DNA of 64,000 nucleotides from an uncultured Verrucomicrobiae bacterium (lineage in GTDB: Bacteria > Verrucomicrobiota > Verrucomicrobiia > Chthoniobacterales > JAFAMB01). The translations under genes and the position numbers were made by a program. The notes under the pieces were generated by a model that saw only the letters and a list, made by a program, of their open reading frames with translations, searched no databases and was not told the origin of the DNA. Within the stretch, counting starts at the first letter, position 1. Every line of letters starts with the position of its first letter. Below, in pieces: positions 63,472 to 64,000 of the stretch. The stretch lies in contig CAVXLD010000001.1 of NCBI GenBank assembly GCA_963762565.1, forward strand, positions 198,286 to 262,285. The letters run 5' to 3'.

Positions 63472-64000
63472 ATGAGTCGCTTTTTGCGTAGACTGGTCAG
63501 CGCCGTCGCTATGTGGGCGATCGCCTTGGCAGTTGTTTCCACCGGAAACGAAGTCGTTTTCTTTCTCCTGATCGCCGGGCTGGGGCTGGCCGGGCTTTGG
63601 GAATACTTCGTAATGATCGAGAAATCCGGGATGCGCTGCTTCAAAGCATTCGGCATCTGCTGCGGAGCAGCTTATTTCATCGGAAGTTTCCTATTCTTCC
63701 GATCGAATGGAGCTGACGCTGACTATAACTTCGAGACCCTGGTGCTCTTGGTATTCTTGTTCGGCGTTTTTGCCCGGCAGATGTTTCGGCCGAGCACGAA
63801 GCAAGCACCGCTGGAAACGATGGCATACACCTTGTTCGGGTTGCTTTACGTCTCCTGGTTATTCAATTTTTTGACGAAGATCATTTACGTAGTTCCGCGA
63901 GACCCGAACGGCCATACGGTTGGCCAATTCTACGTCATTTATCTTGTAATCGTAACGAAGTTCAGTGATATGGGCGCGTATCTCGTCGGCAGCAAGATCG
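63472..64000 (+). CDS. cdsA: Phosphatidate cytidylyltransferase, N-terminal part (3' end outside window)
   Basis: Not in the ORF track because there is no stop in the window. My translation from the ATG at 63472 gives MSRFLRRLVSAVAMWAIALAVV...VIVTKFSDMGAYLVGSKI. It is multi-TM with the TK.SD.GAY..G CdsA pattern. Confidence 0.8.
   Translation, partial: MSRFLRRLVSAVAMWAIALAVVSTGNEVVFFLLIAGLGLAGLWEYFVMIEKSGMRCFKAFGICCGAAYFIGSFLFFRSNGADADYNFETLVLLVFLFGVFARQMFRPSTKQAPLETMAYTLFGLLYVSWLFNFLTKIIYVVPRDPNGHTVGQFYVIYLVIVTKFSDMGAYLVGSKI

Noticed and set aside
1-64000. A genomic island, prophage or defence island explaining the repeat density
   Set aside because: I recognise no integrase, transposase, phage structural gene, restriction-modification gene, toxin-antitoxin gene or known defence gene. 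No tRNA boundary is present. The genes are conserved housekeeping functions (gatB, aroC, rpoN, fabF, clpXP, tig, tsaD, ispD, cdsA). The elements appear to be a property of the chromosome backbone.

Overview
This 64-kb chromosomal window comes from a moderately GC-rich bacterium. The gene repertoire looks like a PVC/Verrucomicrobiota-type soil organism, but that is a low-confidence inference. I did not recognise any rRNA, tRNA, CRISPR array, transposase, integrase or phage gene. Coding content is about 61 mostly housekeeping genes. These include gatB, aroC, rpoN, fabF, a guaB3-like gene, tsaD, a ctpA-like S41 protease, clpX-clpP-tig, an M16 peptidase, ispD, yqeY, mtnP and cdsA. There are also a NitT/TauT-type ABC transporter, a sugar ABC cluster carrying Gfo/Idh/MocA and ThuA genes, an mglA plus roadblock-protein pair next to exbB-exbD-tonB-like genes, and a bacterial dynamin-like GTPase. 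The unusual part is the non-coding DNA. By my reading, 30 of 41 intergenic gaps of at least about 80 nt hold nested-palindromic elements built on one plan: a short-period (7- or 9-nt) tandem array, a conserved terminal inverted repeat, a poorly conserved arm, a central hairpin, then the mirror image. I separate at least six core families (A-F) plus array-only and hybrid forms. Family A has 6 full and 2 half copies, and its arm length is conserved (64-68 nt) although the arm sequence is not. Family D is a 294-nt MITE-like pair, about 96% identical, with compensatory changes in its terminal stem. Elements sit at the gene junctions of two ABC-transporter clusters, abut stop codons, supply the termini of several ORFs, and in one case sit in frame inside an ABC ATPase gene. 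I do not recognise these as REP/BIME, ERIC, Correia, RUP, BOX or HIP1. All coordinates were counted by hand (expect +/- 2 nt) and no database search was possible.
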